Positions 13,582 through 26,740 are shown, numbered from the whole stretch's first letter. The stretch: 60,906 bases of DNA, filler included, from Sphacelaria rigidula (GCA_964200075.2; 10 parts of 10 records of this genome joined end to end with filler, not necessarily neighbours in it), one strand, 5' to 3'. Made by a program: numbers and translations. The notes: a model not told the origin generated them from the letters alone.

Positions 13582-13846
13582 CTTGAACACGTGCAGAAAC
13601 AGTATGGTCGAGTCCTTCGCGGTTGGATACCATTTCACAGGCAGCTTTCCCCCCGTCGCAGCCACGGTCGTCTCGTCACCGTTTACTTGAAATTCTTCAC
13701 TATGGTTTCCCGCAGGAGCAGTATCGCCCAAGGTCACAATATCCCCCTCTGAGGACCCCGTAATCTTGACCGCACGCCACCCTTCGCTGTTCCTCAAGTT
13801 ACCAATGATATCCATGTCGACGTTGTTACTGCTGCTATTGTTGTTG

Positions 13847-13887
<41 letters not shown>

Positions 13888-14202
13888 ATTGATAATATTC
13901 TCCACTTCTACTAGATTGTGCTCAGCACGCCCGGTGTGTCGACCGTAGCGGCTTTGCAGGGGGCGCGTGTTCATTCGTTCTCGACCCGCGCCGTTGACAC
14001 TCGAATTGGTGATATATGTGGTTAAGTTACCGTCAGTATTGAACAGTAATCTTTCTGACGTCTCCGTGTACACCGCGACGATGACGAAGGTCGCGATGGC
14101 GCCGATGGCCATGGCGCCGATGGCCATCCCAATCTTGCGCCGCGCGCCCTGTCGTGGTTGCTTTCCAGCGAGCAGTAGCACAGCATGCTGTCGGTTCATC
14201 AT
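13582..14202 (-). CDS. First coding exon of a probable type II membrane (Golgi) sulfotransferase
   Basis: MMNRQ..ARRK, then a transmembrane segment IGMAIGAMAIGAIATFVIVAVY and a Ser/Asn-rich stem. Ends STILFLHVFK|GTAAGT, matching the first half of the FLHxxKxGGT 5'-phosphosulfate-binding motif. 621 bp, phase 0. Downstream exons not found. Confidence 0.65.
13820..13890. repeat. Coding (CTG)n/(TTG)n microsatellite (poly-Ser/poly-Asn)
   Basis: About 13 CTG units plus TTG units, encoding a poly-Ser run followed by NNNNSSSNN on the minus strand. Confidence 0.9.
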
Positions 14203-14293
14203 TCGCGAGTTGATTTGAGTCGAACGGCTTTTTGATGATGTGAGTGTTGTTATTGATGTGGTGTCTGGAAACAGAATGGTGGGGAAAGGGAGT

Positions 14294-14502
14294 GTAATGC
14301 GTGAGAGGACCGCGTGCTTAGAGGACCGCATCGTAGTCCAAAACACCTCAGGATCGACGTTTTCCAAAACCAACCGGGCCAGTCCCTGCGGGGACCACGC
14401 CCCTGACCCCAACCTCAACACTAACCCTTACCCTAACCCTCACCCTAGGGGTGTTTAAATTCCGATGTGGTCCTCTAAGCATGCGGTCCTCTCACGCATT
14501 AC
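14294..14502. mobile_element. MITE family T (~35-bp TIRs, internal telomere-like CCCTAA repeats)
   Basis: gtaatgcgtgagaggaccgcgtgcttagaggacc ... ggtcctctaagcatgcggtcctctcacgcattac. Flanks agggagt/agggatg form a degenerate 7-bp TSD. Confidence 0.85.
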
Positions 14503-15046
14503 AGGGATGGATGAAGGACCCTAGCGGTCAATCGATGCACGAGAATGTTCGGCGCTGACCCAAGCTCCGTGTTATTACCAACCGAATGTTGAGTGATGCG
14601 TACAGACACCCTGAGCGGGATCCAGAAACAAGTGAGAGTACTGTTGTAGGAGTATAAAAAGTGAAACCTGGATGCCAGCCGCACCTGTCGCAGATGAAAT
14701 TATTATGATGATTCATGAGTATAAATTTAGTTTCCGTCGCGTGATCTCCACCTCGTGATCGCTCATTGCCAATTGCCATTCACTATCGAAATACAGGAAT
14801 GATAATCAGCTAGGTGCCCGTTATTTAGGAGAGAACTATATCTGCTTCGTTCGGGGCAGCGATGCTTCTATATAGTGGAAGCCACCACAAGATTCAGCAT
14901 GGATGATGTTGGAAGGCGAGTCCGCCGAACGCAGTGACGATACCCCCAAGTTCCAATGATCGTCTCCCAACTCGGCGACGACCAGCATGCAGCTATAATC
15001 ATAAGACTGGACATGCAACACATTTCACACTGAGGCTTGGGTTAAG

Positions 15047-15467
15047 AGCCTAGATTCGTTTTTGAGGTTCAAGATTTTGATGAGTTTCAACTCGAAAACA
15101 GTGCTCTCCCTGACCTAAAGTCATGGCCAATGAATTTCATATGGACGACCTCATGCCCCCCGACCTCCTTGAAACTATTTTCGGGGGTTGCCCGTCTTCC
15201 GTGCCCCCAACGTGTATATATATGCAAAATAATCAATTTCGGGCTAAAAACGTCCCCTTTTTCGCCCCGATATCGAGGCGTAAAGGTGCTTTCGCACATA
15301 CGCTTTGGGGGCACGGAAGACGGGCAACCCAAAAAATAGTTCTAAGAAGGTCGGGGGGCACGAGGTCATCCATGTGAAATTCATTGGTCATGACTTTACG
15401 TCAGGGAAAACACTGCTTTCGAGTTGAAACTCATCAAAATGTTGAACCTCAAAAACGGATCAAGGCT
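15047..15467. mobile_element. Foldback/MITE with ~170-bp inverted arms
   Basis: tttttgaggttcaagattttgatgagtttcaactcgaaa pairs with tttcgagttgaaactcatcaaaatgttgaacctcaaaaa; gggttgcccgtcttccgtgccccc pairs with gggggcacggaagacgggcaaccc. Confidence 0.85.
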
Positions 15468-17325
15468 GCTGGTTGATGATTTCGACCATATCCTAGACCG
15501 ACAACAACCCCGTCTCCCCGTCTCCTGTCTAGTCTGCCACCAGGGGTCGTTACTTCTTGGCTTTATTTTTCACCATTTCCGTCCATTTTCATAATGGATA
15601 AAAATGGACGGAAGAAGTTATGGATGAAAATAATGGATGGGAATGGATGAAAACGGATAAAAAATATGACATCATGTATTATGGAAGAGTGACGCCACCG
15701 TAGGGGTGGATTCATGTTATGAGGTTAGAATTGCCAGAAGCCCCCTATTTCATCCAAACACGACTTGTGACATGTGTGAGAGTACACCAGCATTACTTTT
15801 CCAGTGGGCTACGAGCTCGGCCAGCTTAAAAGCTGCTAAAAGTTTCTCACACCACAGCTTCCCCACTTTCCCGAATGAACCCGATGTAAGCATATCGCTG
15901 TCAAGTGTAGACCAACCTGGTGACACACGGCACCGCTGCTGCGTGGAGAAAAAAGTGAAAAAATGTACTGCATACGATATGACCTCAACGACGGACGAAA
16001 AAAAGGAGAACATGGCGGCGTTCGAACTCATGACCTCCATAACTGGAGTCTCCCATCACCTGAATGATAGGGGTGCAGCAGAGTCACACAAAACGTTGCA
16101 TGCACGGCCCAATTCGACGACTCTTGAGCTGAAATTTCACGACGCGACCTTGTGCATCCAAAGAAACAAGGAATCAAATGAGCAGCTGCAGATTCTCATT
16201 TTTACCCTGGACTTATGGCATTATCTTGTTTTTTTTGCTGAAATTTCAAATCTCCATAACTCCTTTTTTTTCCTTCCCTGCTCTCGTGATATTCTGCAAT
16301 TCGATAATATAGAGCTGCTGTCAAATTTTCAGCGTCCAACTCCTAATATCACGCCGTGCGTCACCTGAGCGAGATCCACACCTACTCTTGGCTGGCCCAG
16401 CTCGTAGGGATATTATCTTGACTGCATTTGCAAACGGGGATGTCCTGACCCATATTCTTGCGCATCTAGAATCGTTAGGAGCCCTGAGCCAGACAAGATT
16501 TTGCGCAAAAAGTGTACCCCTACCGTAGCATCGCTCCGAAGTAGATGGAAGCGGATGGTAATAAGCATGGGGAAAAATACCCGTTGATAAAGGCCCTAAC
16601 CCGTGCTCAGAATACTGTAAAATCTGCATCAACACGGGATTTTACAAGTTGTGTGTCATGATGTGACTGCAGGACGTAGCCATGATCTTGAGCAAAGGTG
16701 ACATTGAATGATGGACATTTTCAAATTCAAAATAGCGGAAAATTGGCTGCCTCTTGGGTTCACGGTTCTACGGAGAGCATGTATTTAAATTCGAAATAAG
16801 AAGCTAGTGACCCAACCATGGCATTTATTGAAGAGCTCGGCTCTTGGATTTTAGGGTATGACAGATTATGAATTATGGGGCGGCGAAACACGTTTGAGCA
16901 GTTCCCCTGAGCCTCACTTTCTTTTCATTCCCGGTTTTGGCTGCGAACCAACAGTTAGTTCCTCATTGGAGTATCTACAAACCGCGACAAAGTGAATCCC
17001 AAAGATAAGAGCAGTAGTCGAGCTGCTGTTTTGTCTGGTGTGTTTTATTGATTTCGATGTTGGCTTATATCGATTTGCGTTGTATCTCCCTGTTCTGTAG
17101 ATGATTTTGGATACAATCAATTGCGTGATAAAAGTGCTATTCTGGTCTGTATTATTTGCTTGTTGTCTCCTTGTGTGAAATTACCACGAGAGCGACTGTG
17201 GTCAGCCTGCGCTGCTGAGCTGAGTAAACCAACGACGTGCACAGAGGTCTGAACCTTGGAAAAATCTTGGTGAACACCATTACAACCTTCCCAAGGTGCC
17301 TTCACCCTTCATCACATCACAGTTA

Positions 17326-17926
17326 GGGATGGATCTTGTATTGGGGATGAAAAACCGAAGAATTAATGTAATGTGTGAGAGGATCGGGTGCTTAGAGGAC
17401 CACATCGGAATTTGAACATCCCTCTGATTAGGGTTAGGGTTAGGGTTGGGGTTGGGGTCAGGGGCGTGGTACCTGCAGGGACTGGCCCGATCGGTTTTGG
17501 AAAACGTCGATCGTGAGGTGTTTCGAGCCTCGGCACGGTCCTCTAAGCAAGCGGTCCTCTCACGCATTGCAATTAATATATTCGTGTCCACGCCAAATCT
17601 TCCGAGTATGCTTCCATTTCTTCACTTGCTGGTAGCTATTGACAACTACTACACGCCATAAAAAATTGGATTTCGATAACCGAAATGTCGGGCTCCTAGG
17701 TGAGAAACCAAGTTGACGTCCGATCGGACACGTAAAATCCCCCAAAATTGGTTTTTCACTTAGGACCCCAACATTTCGGTTTTATCGAAATCCAAATTTG
17801 CATGGTGTGTATCAGTTGTCAATAAAGACCAGCAATTAGAGAAATGGAAGCATACTTCGAAGATTTGGTGTGGATACGAAGATTTTAATTCTCCGGGTTT
17901 TCATCCCCAATAAAAGATCCATCCCC
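17326..17926. mobile_element. Foldback element (~180-bp arms) interrupted by a MITE T insertion
   Basis: gggatggatctt.tattggggatgaaaa pairs with ttttcatccccaataaaagatccatccc. The left arm resumes after 17570. Confidence 0.8.
17368..17570. mobile_element. MITE family T copy with perfect 7-bp TSD AATTAAT
   Basis: TIRs as at 14294. AATTAAT at 17361-17367 and 17571-17577. Internal (TTAGGG)3. Confidence 0.88.
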
Positions 17927-18368
17927 AATTTGTAAAATCCCGTGTTCATAACTAATACTACGGACTGGGGCTTCTTCGCTCAGCCGCGGCGCCTTCATTA
18001 TACCATCACTGCCGGTGAGGCTCTGTGTCGCGAATATTCATATACATACGTTAACAGACAATTCTATTAAATGGGGTGGTGCGATGAAATAAGGTTCAAG
18101 CCCGAAACAGTACGTTCCCCACACTTACAGCAATGGTGCCCAATGACGTTTTTGTCGGCCCAATGCCCCTCGATCGCGTAGGTACTTCTTCAGCGCATTT
18201 TACNNNNNNNNNNNNNNNNNNNNNNNNNNNNNNNNNNNNNNNNNNNNTTAATTAATTAANNNNNNNNNNNNNNNNNNNNNNNNNNNNNNNNNNNNNNNNN
18301 NNNCACAGCTCCTCCTGTGGGGGGTCGCCGGTCCACCTCCCCGTGCTCCGAACGGGCGGGAGGGTGGT

Positions 18369-18404
<36 letters not shown>

Positions 18405-18911
18405 GGCGGTCTGTTTATTTCACCAAAATCTACTGACACCAGCACTTTCGAGTGATATCCCCAAGAGTAGTCGCGAGAAAAAACCCTTGTGAACAATATA
18501 TAGTTCAGGCGCCCGGTACTTTGGAAGGAATCTTGCCAGCACTTGTCAGTAGTGTCGGACTCAATACCGCTTCGTTCAGGCAGCGATCGCCGCAAATTTG
18601 AGCATTTAGGCCGGGTAACTACTGAAAGGCGACGATATATCTTCGTGTAAAACGAGGTTTGTCCGCCTGTCTGCGAGTTTACATCTGGAACTATATGCAT
18701 CACAACTTCACGAAGAATAGGATGCCGTCCGTACACCCCTTGTTCACAGTTTTTGTCGGAGCGACAGAGTGCGTGCTACAAGAAATATATTCACAACCTT
18801 AAAAAACACGAGCGAGATCAAGACCGACCCGTACAAGTAGCTGAAGATGAGCACAGCGAGCGTCTACTGCGAAAAACATTAGTGTTCAGCTCGTATCAGA
18901 CGTACACCTAC

Positions 18912-19112
18912 CTCAAACGCGTTGCCATCGAAGTCTCGACAAAATAGCGCCGCCCTGCCGCTTTTGGACATGGTGTACGTATGCCCGGCGGCGTCCAAAC
19001 GACCTTTGAGGGGTGCAAGGTCGCTGATGGTGAACGCCACGTGACGATCGCGGCCACCGTGCTCCGGACGCCCCGACACTGGATCCGGGTTGGGCAGCTC
19101 CATCAAATGAAT
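18912..19112 (-). CDS. VOC/glyoxalase (lactoylglutathione lyase-like) family protein, exon
   Basis: AG|IHLMELPNPDPVSGRPEHGGRDRHVAFTISDL..YTMSKSGRAALFCRDFDGNAFE|GTAGGT. 201 bp, phase 0. Confidence 0.9.
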
Positions 19113-19499
19113 CTGAAGATAGAATAAAATGATGAATCACCCCGACGGACAGGAGCACCGGTGGGGAGATAGACCCGAGGGTGGCAATGACGGTGGCGAA
19201 GCGACTTGCTAGCCGAGTGCTACCACTGCCCTTACTCATATGGTGGTAAGAGGCTTGATAGCGTAAGACCAAAACACTGCTTGTCGGCATTGGGTAATGC
19301 TTGCCAACATTTGGTGATCAATGTATTCTACTGGTCCTGCGCGCTTGCTTTGCGGCATTCCTCGTAGAATCGTATTGCATGTGGGTTTTACATTAGCATG
19401 CCAACGATGATGGTGTAATTTTCGAAGTGTGCGATGCAGACACGGGTCTCTTACTTTGCTCCTACCGATGAAAGAGTACTGTGTTGCCACTTGTAGTAC

Positions 19500-19601
19500 C
19501 TGGGATGGACCGGCTCGTACGAAAGCGCCATCGAAGGGAAGCTTATCGTCAGGTCGCAGGGGAGAGTCGTCTTCGAACCCCAAGATGTTCACATAAAACT
19601 C
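19500..19601 (-). CDS. VOC/glyoxalase family protein, upstream exon
   Basis: AG|EFYVNILGFEDDSPLRPDDKLPFDGAFVRAGPSQ|GT. 102 bp, phase 0, splices in frame to IHLMEL. Confidence 0.88.
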
Positions 19602-21558
19602 CTGTGGTGGAGGGCGGCACCATAACGGGAGGATGATTACTGGGTCGACGTGACAAGCGGGGTGAATCCCAAATTCCAAGACGTCACGAGCGGGAAAGCT
19701 TCTATTTGACTAATTAATATCGGTATCAGTCTTTTTGTAGAGGGAAGGAGAATTGCCGAATTCCTGCCAGCCGCCCCTCCCCTCCTCGGGACGATTCTTT
19801 CTTCTCAAGGGATCCAGTCACCTCTCCGCTGGTATCCGCATTGAGCACTTTCCTGCCGAATCTGATGCTTTCGCCCGTTTCTTGCCTCAACTCGTGCTTC
19901 ATCATGGTGCAACTAGTATTCGACGGGCGTTGGTTTCTTTCAGATAACTTATGCACCATGGGGGGTGCCTAGCAGGCTACAGGTTGTCCGGCACAACTCG
20001 TTCTTGCCAGGAGTGATGATCGTGGTGCCGAAGTGGAACATAACAAACTAAGCGCTACATTGATATGTATGTCGTATGATCACGATACCAGCACAAGGGC
20101 AATCGCCAAAAACCGGCACACCTTCTCCTGTATTTTCGCCAAATACGATATAGCTGAGAACCCTCTTCAGAAAAGCAACAAACGACCTCGCCTGATTGTC
20201 GAAATCACACCGCCAACGGATTTTGGCAAAAGGTACGCGCGGTGTACCTGATAGTGACACCTCAATTTGGCTCTCACAGGTTTCTGGCGATCGACGCGCT
20301 TGATCGCCGGTTCCCGATCAACCCCAAAACATGTACACGTCACCATATTCTCGGTTACCTTCCGGCCGCTGGCTGTTAAAAATCAGTAGTTTTGCTTTGT
20401 CATTCCGTCCAACAACATCCCAACCCATGGAGAGTGCCCGCACTCAGGGTGTTAACATATCACACTGCTTGTAACGCAGGATATGCCCGCACTCAGGGGT
20501 GTTGACAAACTATACTGCTGCATTACAACAGGGGTGGGTGTGCCTGGTAAGAACCGTGCTGACCCAACTCTACCACCACATCACGGCCTTGGCCAAGGGT
20601 AGTTAGTAGTGAGAAGGAATCACTCCTTGGAGGTGACTCCGGCCCTGCACCCGCCGAAAAGACCCTCCCAACGCCGTACCGACAAGACCGGTCATGGCCT
20701 TCGTTGGATGACGGGGAACGGAGTTATTCTCGAAATAAAAATGCAAATGCACTCTCCGGCCGTGATGAAGAGGACGGGCAGTTAAATCACAGCGGAGCGA
20801 AAACAGTGCGTGCAAAACAGAACGCACATTTCACTCGCTCACTGTCTTCGGCTCGCGAGGGATGTCAAGTCAACCAACGGAAGAGAGATGAGAACAGCAG
20901 CTAGCTTGTGTTCACCCCCTAAAGTGATGCACATCTTACCATTCACGACTGACGTCAAAGCGCGTCAATGTATAGACACGTGCTGAAGCACAGTGAACAC
21001 GCAGGCCACGACAGCCAACCCGCTCACCGGGACAAGAGCGCTTTGGTACGTGTTTGATTTATTCATCCTGGGCAGTGGGGAGTACATTTTCTAGTTTTGA
21101 TGTTCCTGGTAGGATGGCGGTGCGTTCTCTTCTGAACCATCTGTTTTTTTGCTCCGCCCTGATTCAATTGCCCGTTCTCTTCGAAGCTGTGGAACCGCCG
21201 CGTGATTGTAGGTAGATGTTGAGATTTGGTTGGTGCGCGGAGGCAGATGACACCGCTATTGAAAGCTGGCACGCACACCTTTGATACACAGGAGCGTGTG
21301 CCAGTGTGTAGACTGGTTTCAGCGACAAAGATGGAGAAGGAGCGGTCGTCGACGGACGGGTTGGGTCTGGTTGGGCCTCCTGGACGAGATGCTTACTAAA
21401 GACCAGAACCAGAGTGCATCACGACAGATGGGAGCGTTAGAAGGCCAACTTCGAAGAGGACCTTGCAGCGGAGAAGAGCAGAGCAGGCGGCTAATTTCGT
21501 TGAGGGCAAGGGGCCTTACAGACTAGAATACGGTTTACCACCCCCCTGCCCCCCCCCC

Positions 21559-21655
21559 TGCTCCGTCTCGAAAGGGATGCGTGGTCAATGGTCAGACGAC
21601 TAAGGCAGGCCACAAATGAGTACGTCCCCTGCTCCGTCTCGAAAGGGATGCGTGC
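21559..21655 (+). mobile_element. LINE family A 3' terminus (one copy plus a tandem partial copy) preceded by a C-tract
   Basis: C-tract at 21541-21558, then tgctccgtctcgaaagggatgcgtgg..caaatgagtacgtcccc, then a restart of tgctccgtctcgaaagggatgcgtg. Confidence 0.75.
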
Positions 21656-21894
21656 AACAAACTGAAACTGGTGATGAGGACTCCAGTTTATTTGAAGTTT
21701 GCCGTCACCAGCTATGTTTTTACCAAATTTAGTGTTGTGAGTTTATAACAAATATGCTTACATTGTTACAAACGAAATGGCAGTTGAATTGGGACCTGCA
21801 TCTGACAGCAGTACAAGTACAGAGAGTACTCGTGGTACGAGCTGGGCCAGCCTAGAAGCGGATTTGGAGTTGGCAGGCCCATCCGCAATTTATC

Positions 21895-22426
21895 GTACTG
21901 GGCGAGAACTATTCTTCCTCAGAAGGGTTTTTTATCGCGACTACTCTTCGATAGAACTCGAACGTGATAGCGTCGGTAGGTTTTGGTAAAACGAACAGAT
22001 CGTCTTCCTCCCTCCAGTTCGAAAGTTACTCTTACTTGTGTTATCGGGCGATACGGGTAGATACCTCGTTTATCAGGAGGGTATTATCGACGGTGAAACA
22101 CAGTTTTTCGGCTCTAGCGCAACGAGTAGGTGAAAATTGTAAAGGACGAACCTGTGCATTTCTTCACAGACACAATCGGGGCAGGCTCGATCGACCGAGA
22201 ATATCGAAGAGTCAGAATCTGGCCTGAAATGTGTCAGGACCCCGGATGACCGGTCAGCCCGTTAGTAACTCAATATTTAGTACAGATGATTTAATTTTTG
22301 GAATGTGAAGCGAATATAAGTATTTTCAGATCCCCAATGTGACAAACGGTGGCAAGGGGAATAGTCCAGGAAAATCGCAAATAATGAAGAAATCACAAAA
22401 ATGAATAGTTCAGGCGCCCAGTACTG
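21895..22426. mobile_element. ~530-bp non-autonomous TIR element, Tc1/mariner-like ends (copies at 55496-56028 and partial at ~18405-18520)
   Basis: Termini gtactgggcg..aactattc / gaatagttcaggcgcccagtactg followed by TA. Internal sequence collinear with 55496-56028. Confidence 0.75.
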
Positions 22427-23049
22427 TAATACTTAGATTTGGACCCTAAAAAATGGTATGGGCAATCGATAGGGCATGATAAAAAAATTATGCATGGACC
22501 AAAGAGTTTTGGTTTTTCATGATTTAACGGCATTTTACGGACACCTAAAAATTGATTATTGTCATTCACTCATTGAAAAAAACTGTTCGGGTCCACGCAT
22601 AGCTTTTTTTATTATGCCCTATTCATTGTCCATAACAAATGTTAGTCTCCAACTCTAAATATTGGCCGGCGTTTTATACTCCGGCCGTTCAGTAACCTGT
22701 TCGGTAAAATTCGGAACAGTATTGTGCAGGCCACTTACCGGCCCACGTTTTGTGTTTTGTGTATTGAAATATTATGTGGGACCTCGTCAAGGCATAATTA
22801 ACCAAAAAGTCGGTCAGGTTGTTTTCTCTTGTATTGCCCCCTGGTTTAGGGCGTTTTCGCATGGTGACTATCATTTTCTCCCGAGAACGCCCCGAACCTC
22901 CCCCCCCGCAAAAAAATGAATGCCCATTTTTTCTTTTTTGCACGCCTTATCTCCGCGTGCTGCCAGCCTTGGCTTGTTTGCATCCTTCTCTCCTTACGGA
23001 GAGTCTATGCCGCTGCATATTACAGATGAATGATTTTCGAATCGCTCAC

Positions 23050-24170
23050 CGCTTTGAATGGGATTTGAATGCCATCTGAGACTTTCAGCTCCTCAATGTG
23101 GGGGGTCACATCTTCTACAACTTTCAACATTTTTGAAGGAGAAACAAGCCAAATAACGCAATTTTCCTCGTCTTCGACGGCGCTCCCGCGGGGCCCCCTC
23201 ATCAACCGGGGGGGGGGGTGTTTGCTGCTTGCGGCGAAGCAGCTCGCCGCCGATGTTTTTCCAGTTAATCCGCTTTTCTCCCAGTAAATCGGCGAAGCCG
23301 ATTGAATGGGAAAACATCGATGTACTGGCGGCTGGCGCGGCCAGTTTAAACTTAACTAGCCAGAGCAGTCAGTTCACAGCACAATCTATTTTGGGATCGG
23401 TCTCTGTTCTACGCGACAGTTTCGATTACCGGTTTACTCGCTGTTACTACTCTGTGTATACACCAGTACGTGGCAAGGTAGTCTCGGAGGTCACACGCGG
23501 GGACTTTTTAGATTACAGTAGGTCTCCTGTAGTTCAATCGGTCTTAAACGGATCTTTCGTAGTGTAGGTATCCTTTTTCGTGTAGATGTTTTATTTCTCA
23601 CCTTCCTCTGCGGGCTGTTTGAGTTATGGGTATGGGCGGTATGCTTCTTGCACTATGACTACGGGTTCGAGAGATCGAGTTAATGTGACGAACATGATCA
23701 TAATAATAATGACTCGAAGCTGTGGAACCGCCGCGAGATTGTGGGGTAGGGGCCTCCATGGGTTGAGATGGTGGTGGTCGAAATGACAAAATCAAAACTT
23801 GCGATATTCAACGGTCAGTGGCCGAAGGGAAGCAGAGAGTATTGTGACGTGTACATGTTTGGAGGCTGGCCGCAAGCTTGGGGTCAAGCACGTCGATCGC
23901 CAAAACCCGGTGGAGCCAAATTGATAGGACTGTGAACTGGTTGCTCTGGCCAGTTAAGTTTGAGCCGATTGACTGGAAAACAATCAGCGGCTCGCGGCTT
24001 CGCCGCGAGCCGCCAACGCTCCCCTCGGCTGGTGAGGGGGCCCCGCGGGAGCGCCGCCGCAGGCGAGAAAAATTGCGTTATTTGGTTTGTTCTTCCCTCA
24101 GAAATGCGAAAAACTGTAGAAAAGGTAACCCCTCACATGGAGAAACTAAAAGTCTTAGATGACATAGAAG
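23050..24170. repeat. Diverged inverted repeat pair (~23050-23310 and ~23960-24170)
   Basis: ggcgctcccgcggggcccc and aaataacgcaattttcctcg are mirrored by ggggccccgcgggagcgcc and cgagaaaaattgcgttattt. Confidence 0.7.
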
Positions 24171-24199
24171 TGCCCAAAAAAAACGTCCGAGACCCTATG

Positions 24200-24242
<43 letters not shown>

Positions 24243-26740
24243 CGCCCACCGGCGCCCGCCCTGCCCCTAACATACAGCACCAAAACACCCAAGCCCCCCC
24301 CCCCNNNNNNNNNNNNNNNNNNNNNNNNNNNNNNNNNNNNNNNNNNNNTTAATTAATTAANNNNNNNNNNNNNNNNNNNNNNNNNNNNNNNNNNNNNNNN
24401 NNNNAGGGTGCAACCTCTGCACACTACTGTTCGCTGAACAGTAGTTGGCCTGTAGTGCACAGTGCCTACGACCACGAATTATTCCAACAGAAGTCGAATC
24501 TAGCTCTAAACGTACTAGTGCCTTGTAGGTTTTGCCACGGCTTTAGTGAGGACCAAGTCTAAGTGCAAGCAATGCTAGTTTGGTTTATGTGCGTGCGTTA
24601 GTGCACCGCTGAGTCCACAGCACTGTGTCAGAACTTGAACTGGGGCACGCATCTTTGATGACCACCAACCGGAAAATGTCAAAACGACTTGATGTTACGC
24701 GCAGAAACTGCATGGGTATCCTCGTCGCCGTCTTTCGGTTGTCCATGATGCTACCCCCACGGTCTTGCATTCTCGCACATAATGCACCCGGAGTATCTTC
24801 GTCCACGTGAGATGATCGTGTTAAATCTAACCCTCACCTCGGATATCCACCCGAGATGTCAGATCCACACAGGACATCCTTTTGGGATGCTCTTCCTTGG
24901 AGTAGTATGGCGTGCATCAGGTAGACGTTCGTATCCCAGGTGGGTGTCTATCCACGATATCTCTGTTACAGATGGACATCCCGAATGAATCTTCTATCCT
25001 AGATCGAACATCCCACTTTAACGTCCATATCTCAGATGGATCTGATATTCTAGATAGACTCTGCACGGTAGTCGAGAGCTTCCGATTGTACCCGCCCCTA
25101 CCCAGCGCCCCCATAATGCGAATGTACCACGGCGAGTTTGGCATGATGGCCGTGCACCTGTCCTGTAAAAGCTTGTGAAGGATGAAGAATAGTAGGGCGC
25201 TTCGCCAATAACATGAGAACGAGCTCGTGTTTCGTGGCAACACGGCATTGCACATCTTCAGGAGTGCGATGTCTACGTTTGAGTTGGGCGTGCCTAACCC
25301 ATTTCGTCGGACTGGGTTTGATATAGGTGTGGACAGGTTTCCGTGTATTCTGTCGTAGTCGCTTGATCGCTGTACCATTGCTCACCTTGTATCTCGAACT
25401 GGCACACATTACAAATTCACGCTGAACCTCTCAACCAGCTCTCTGTTTGTGCTGCTTTGAGATGGTCAGCTTCAAAGAAGTCTCGACGTTTTCGAGAGAA
25501 ACGAAGCTGAACAGATGCGTTTTCACGATGCTCTGCTTGGTCAAATTGACGGAGCCCTTGCTCGGAGGTTGGAACAAGTAGACCGCCAGAAACTTGAGAA
25601 GAAGGCACAGGTACTCTTGACCGATCTTGGGACGAACAAAAACGATACATCGGTCGCTGTATGACGGAAGCAGTCGCAGAAGAAAAGCGAACGAAACCGC
25701 AATGTAGAAAAGACGAACAGAGTAGACTGGAAAAAGAAACGGTCTTCCGCAAAAGTACGCGCACTCACACCCAAACAAAAATAAAAGGCCGTCGGAATGG
25801 ATTTTCGGTCACAATACCTTGTTTATGAGCGCTCATAAACCCTACGAAAGCAAGGCACCCAGCTGCAACTTCCATACAGTAAAAGGGGAGAAACACACAT
25901 AATAGAGAGGTGTGGGGAAGGAAAGGAAGGGCAAAGAAGGAAGCTAGAGAGGTAATTAAGCCCAAGGACACGCAACCGGGGAACACCGCAAGACCACAGA
26001 GCAAAGAACAAATCAACAGCCTACACGGAAGGACAGGAGTACTGTACATCAGTTTCCATGGCCTCTCAGCTTCCCCCATTCGTGCGTAGTCGGGAAACGC
26101 AGAAAATTTTCTTGGGTACATATAAAACGGGCCGAAAACATAAGTTCCACGGAACGGTGCTCTCGATGTCGTCCCGAATGCCCGTCAAATTCTACGTCGA
26201 CTCGGGTCACATCACACCCACCGAAGTGCTCATAGAACCTATCTATGTGGACGTTAATAGACCGTTCCGTACAACGTTGGTATAGCCGCAGCATCAGCTA
26301 ACAAATTTAGCAGTGTTGGATTTCGACATGATTATGCTGTATTTCACGCACCCATACATGAGCTTCTACCCTAATTTGGTGCTTACCTGGCGACTGCTTC
26401 CCTAGACAGGGCCATAAATGTGGCACAACACACACAGTGGATAATAATTCATGTAATGCATTGCCACTTGATACAGAACGTGGTATATGTTAAGTTCGTG
26501 CTCTACTACCAGACCTGTTCCGTAATTATCTCAAATAAGACGGGAGGGTGCCCTAAACCTTCGTAACTAGACTGGAAAACGTACAACATATATACTCGGA
26601 ATATATAGTGGATACCTATTACACGCAGCGAACTACACCACTACCTCTTTCCGCGTCATGTATGTACGATATATCAAATCAACCAAGGGTGGGTCAGTTC
26701 TTTTGAAGAAATATGGAATAGAAGCGCTCAAAGAATCTAG

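Noticed and set aside
13396..14421. 341-aa ORF as a complete single-exon gene
   Set aside because: Its 5' part is MITE sequence, and its 3' part reads through a GTAAGT donor at 13581.
24203..24241. Long C/G homopolymers near contig ends (also ~18369-18403 and ~30556-30591) as functional G-quadruplexes
   Set aside because: Their lengths are unreliable near assembly breaks and nothing here indicates function.
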